Assembly (NCBI GenBank): GCA_029856045.1
Contig: JAHQWG010000028.1
Coordinates: 64,001-128,000, forward strand
Direction of reading: 5' to 3'
DNA length: 64,000 bases
Origin: Promethearchaeia archaeon
GTDB lineage: Archaea; Asgardarchaeota; Lokiarchaeia; Sigyniarchaeales; SOKP01
Shown here in pieces: positions 60,981 through 64,000 of the stretch. Made by a program: the position numbers and the translations under genes. Every line of letters begins with the position of its first letter. Within the stretch, counting starts at the first letter, position 1. The notes under the pieces were generated by a model. It saw only the letters and a list, made by a program, of their open reading frames with translations. It made no database searches and was not told the DNA's origin.

Positions 60981-62333
60981 ATGAATGAAATGGAAATAGT
61001 ATCTCGGGGTAAAAGTTCAACGAATAGAAATGTTATGTTTGGTTTACCAAAATTGGGAACATCTATTATCATGGGATTTGCGGATTTTGCTTTAGCTACT
61101 CTTTATATTTTAGGTTATCAAATAACTCCATTTCTCGTTGGTGTTGCTTTAGCATTGGGAAAACTTACGATTGCTTCGTCTCAGTTCTTTTTTGGGTGGA
61201 TTAGTGATGCTAAATATACTCGATTGGGTAGAAGAAAGCCATATTTAATAATTATGAGTCCAGTACTTGGATTATCTTTTATATTATTATTACTTCCAAG
61301 TCTGATATTAGACCTCAATGATCTTAATATAATATTTATTTGGTTAGTTGTATGGTATCAAATTTTTAATATATGCTATGGAGTTACTTCCCCATACAAT
61401 TCTTGGATGGCTGAACAATTTAGAGTTGAAGACAGACCCAGAGCGTCTCAATACCAACAATTTTTTGGAATGGTTGGAATGGCAATAATTACAGCCTTTT
61501 CAATGGTTGTTTTAACATCTTTTATTGATAAAATAATAGAAGACCCAGAGAGTATTCCGTCAGAGTTTTTATATAGTGTGATAATATTTGGGATTATCCC
61601 TATAGTATTATTTTATTTAGTTAGCTTTTTATTACCTATAGAGCCAAAATTCAAAATCGAATCAAATTTATTCCAAAATTTAAAGACTATTCTAAAAAAT
61701 AAGAATTTTGTATTAGTAACAATTATGCAAGGTATATCTAGCGTTGCTACTATGATGATTACTGCGATAATGTTACTATTCATCGAAGTAGTTTTAGATT
61801 TTAATACTACTGAATATTATGTCGCTGCAGCTATTATGATTTTTGGTATATTAGGTTTTTTATATATTTGGAGAAAGTTGATAGAAAAATTAGGAAAAAA
61901 ACGAAGTCTTCTATATATTTTTCTATCAAATGTTTTTGTCACTCTATTAACTTTATTAGGATTATTACCCATGGAATCATCTTTTATATTTGGTATTTTG
62001 TTTATTCTTGGATTGGCAGGGTGCTTAGGTGGGTGGTCTTTATTTCCAGCTATTATGTATGCAGATATTGCTCAAGATGATGAAATAAAAACAGGAGAAT
62101 TAAAAGCAGGAATATATATAGGTTTTCCTAGTATAACTCTAAATCTTTTTCAAGCTCTATCTCTATTCATTATGGGGATTATATTAGAATTACCTGATAT
62201 TACTGTTGGGAGTTTGCAATATTCTATAGGTTTAATATTATGGGGGCCAATTTGTTCGCTAATATTCATTATTACTTATTTATACACGAGAAAATTTATA
62301 CAACTTGATTTTGAGTGGGAAAAAAATCAATAA
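60981..62333 (+). CDS. MFS transporter, GPH family (tandem paralogue 1)
   Basis: GWISD...LGRRKPYL, DDE.KTGE..AG.Y.G; about 12 TMs. Confidence 0.9.
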   Translation: MNEMEIVSRGKSSTNRNVMFGLPKLGTSIIMGFADFALATLYILGYQITPFLVGVALALGKLTIASSQFFFGWISDAKYTRLGRRKPYLIIMSPVLGLSFILLLLPSLILDLNDLNIIFIWLVVWYQIFNICYGVTSPYNSWMAEQFRVEDRPRASQYQQFFGMVGMAIITAFSMVVLTSFIDKIIEDPESIPSEFLYSVIIFGIIPIVLFYLVSFLLPIEPKFKIESNLFQNLKTILKNKNFVLVTIMQGISSVATMMITAIMLLFIEVVLDFNTTEYYVAAAIMIFGILGFLYIWRKLIEKLGKKRSLLYIFLSNVFVTLLTLLGLLPMESSFIFGILFILGLAGCLGGWSLFPAIMYADIAQDDEIKTGELKAGIYIGFPSITLNLFQALSLFIMGIILELPDITVGSLQYSIGLILWGPICSLIFIITYLYTRKFIQLDFEWEKNQ

Positions 62334-62477
62334 AACAAAATTAAATCAAGAATTTTAATTTTCTTTTATTTAATTCTAATATTTTTCAAAATGTTTTTAT
62401 TTCAATATTAAATATTTTTTTTACAAGTTGTTTTATTATTTTGTATAATAAATATTTTAAAAAAAGATGAAATTCTT

Positions 62478-63851
62478 ATGAGTCAAGAAAAAGAGGATTT
62501 ATGGACTAAAAGTAAAAAAGGTAAATTTTTAACTTTTGGAATGCCAAAATTTGGGACATCGCTTATTATGGGATTTGCAGATTTTGCGCTATTAACTCTA
62601 TATACTTTAGCTTACCAATTGCCTCCAGTTCCCACTACTTTTGCTTTAGGCTTAGGAAAACTTACGATTGCTGCCGCTCAATTCGGTTTTGGATGGATTA
62701 GTGATGCTAAATATACTCGATTTGGGAGAAGAAAACCTTATTTAATTATTCTGAGTCCAATACTTGGATTATCTTTTATATTTTTACTATTGCCAAGTTT
62801 ATTAATAGATATAACTGATATAACAGCATTATTTCTTTGGTTGTTAATATGGTATCAAATTTTTAATGTATGTTACGGTGTTACTTCACCCTACGGATCT
62901 TGGATGACCGAACAATTTATAATTGATGATCGGCCAAAAGCGTCTCAATACGAACAATTATTTGGTATGATCGGAACTGCAGTAATTTCGGTTTTTTCAA
63001 TGGTTGTTTTAACGGCTTCTATTGAGGATATCCAAGCAAACCCAAATATTATTCCATCAGAGTTTTTATATAGTGTGATAATATTTGGGATTATCCCCGT
63101 TGTATTATATTATCTGGCAACCTTTTTAATGCCCACAGAGCCCCATTTTAAGATAGAATTAAATGTATTTCAAAACCTAAAAATGACGTTAAAAAACAAG
63201 AATTTTATATTAGTAACTCTTATGATTGGTATTGCTAGTTTAGCTTGGACTCCAGTAGGTAATCTAATTTTATCTTATATAGAAGTGGTTTTAGTTTTTG
63301 ATTTTATGACTAATATTATAGCTTCAGCTATTTTCGTTATAGGGATACTTGTTTTCTTATATGTATGGAGAAGGCTTGTACATAAATTGGGAAAAAAAAG
63401 AAGTATTTTATATGTATTTCTAATAGCAATTGTTATCCTTCCATTCTCTTTATTAGGCATGATCGCGATGGATTCAACTTTAATATTTGGATTACTTTTT
63501 ATGCTTGGGTTAACAGGGTGTATAAGTGGTTGGTTTTTACTTCCTCCAGTTTTTTTCTCAGATATTACTGAAGATGATGAAAAAACAACAGGTGAATTAA
63601 GATCAGGAATTTATAAAGGTTTTCCTAGTATTTTTCTAAACATCTTCCAATTTCTAGGTTTATTAATGGTAGGATTTTTATTAGATTTACCTGAAATTAA
63701 CGTAGGAACTTCAAGTTTTTCTATAGGATATGTTATTTGGGGCCCAATATGTTCTTTAATATTGATTGTCGCCTATTTATACTCTAGAAAATTTATTAAA
63801 CTTGATTTTGAGTGGGAAAAAAATTCAATAAAAGAAAAAGAAATAAAGTAA
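62478..63851 (+). CDS. MFS transporter, GPH family (tandem paralogue 2)
   Basis: Collinear with the previous gene; same motifs. Confidence 0.9.
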   Translation: MSQEKEDLWTKSKKGKFLTFGMPKFGTSLIMGFADFALLTLYTLAYQLPPVPTTFALGLGKLTIAAAQFGFGWISDAKYTRFGRRKPYLIILSPILGLSFIFLLLPSLLIDITDITALFLWLLIWYQIFNVCYGVTSPYGSWMTEQFIIDDRPKASQYEQLFGMIGTAVISVFSMVVLTASIEDIQANPNIIPSEFLYSVIIFGIIPVVLYYLATFLMPTEPHFKIELNVFQNLKMTLKNKNFILVTLMIGIASLAWTPVGNLILSYIEVVLVFDFMTNIIASAIFVIGILVFLYVWRRLVHKLGKKRSILYVFLIAIVILPFSLLGMIAMDSTLIFGLLFMLGLTGCISGWFLLPPVFFSDITEDDEKTTGELRSGIYKGFPSIFLNIFQFLGLLMVGFLLDLPEINVGTSSFSIGYVIWGPICSLILIVAYLYSRKFIKLDFEWEKNSIKEKEIK

Positions 63852-63951
63852 TTTTTTGAATTCCTTAAATAAAAAACCATTAAAACCAGTAGAGAAAACT
63901 TAATAACCTATTAAACTATTTTTTTTTTTAATTGAATTAAAAGCGATAAGA

Positions 63952-64000
63952 GTGAAATTAAAAGATGAAGTGGGGGTTATTCCCAGAGCTGGAGCAGGTA
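63952..64000 (+). CDS. Possible 5' end of an SDR oxidoreductase (truncated by the window)
   Basis: GTG-initiated MKLKDEVGVIPRAGAG resembles the SDR start MKLKDKVAxITGAxxG. Confidence 0.3.
   Translation, partial: MKLKDEVGVIPRAGAG

Noticed and set aside
2223-63460. Many 60-120 aa ORFs nested in or antisense to long genes (e.g. 2223, 7967, 17789, 43181, 52511, 54108, 60218)
   Set aside because: They overlap well-supported genes and have no motifs; shadow ORFs.
1-64000. CRISPR arrays, rRNA, transposases, proviral genes
   Set aside because: No regularly spaced repeats, long GC-rich RNA genes or matching protein motifs were seen.

Overview
AT-rich archaeal chromosomal segment, most consistent with an Asgard archaeon (Lokiarchaeia-like). 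This is an inference from an EF-2 paralogue lacking the diphthamide His, an IPGF-type C-terminal sorting signal, a winged-helix/PCI protein, aCPSF1, an archaeal tRNA-Gln and frequent TTG/GTG starts. The window has about 55 genes and no recognisable transposase, integrase, rRNA or CRISPR array. The main locus is an 11-gene isoprenoid cluster (44595-56719): uppS, HMG-CoA synthase-DUF35 fusion, phosphomevalonate decarboxylase, class II HMG-CoA reductase, UbiD-like AMPD, AcnX large and small subunits, mevalonate kinase, IPK, IDI-2 and GGPP synthase. It appears to encode two alternative routes from mevalonate-5-P to isopentenyl phosphate. The top finding is a 31-nt insert (52809-52839) that interrupts mevalonate kinase exactly inside its conserved GE|H motif. 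Both insert ends fall at the cut positions of a relaxed bulge-helix-bulge structure, making it a candidate tRNA-endonuclease-spliced intron in a protein-coding mRNA. The gene also appears to start at ACG. Other points: a -1 frameshift in purN at a slippery heptamer, an inverted relic of the dGTPase-like gene, a UFL1/PCI/appendage-like multidomain protein, a GNAT-ThiF fusion, and tandem duplicated transporters. All calls come from motif reading by eye; no searches were run.
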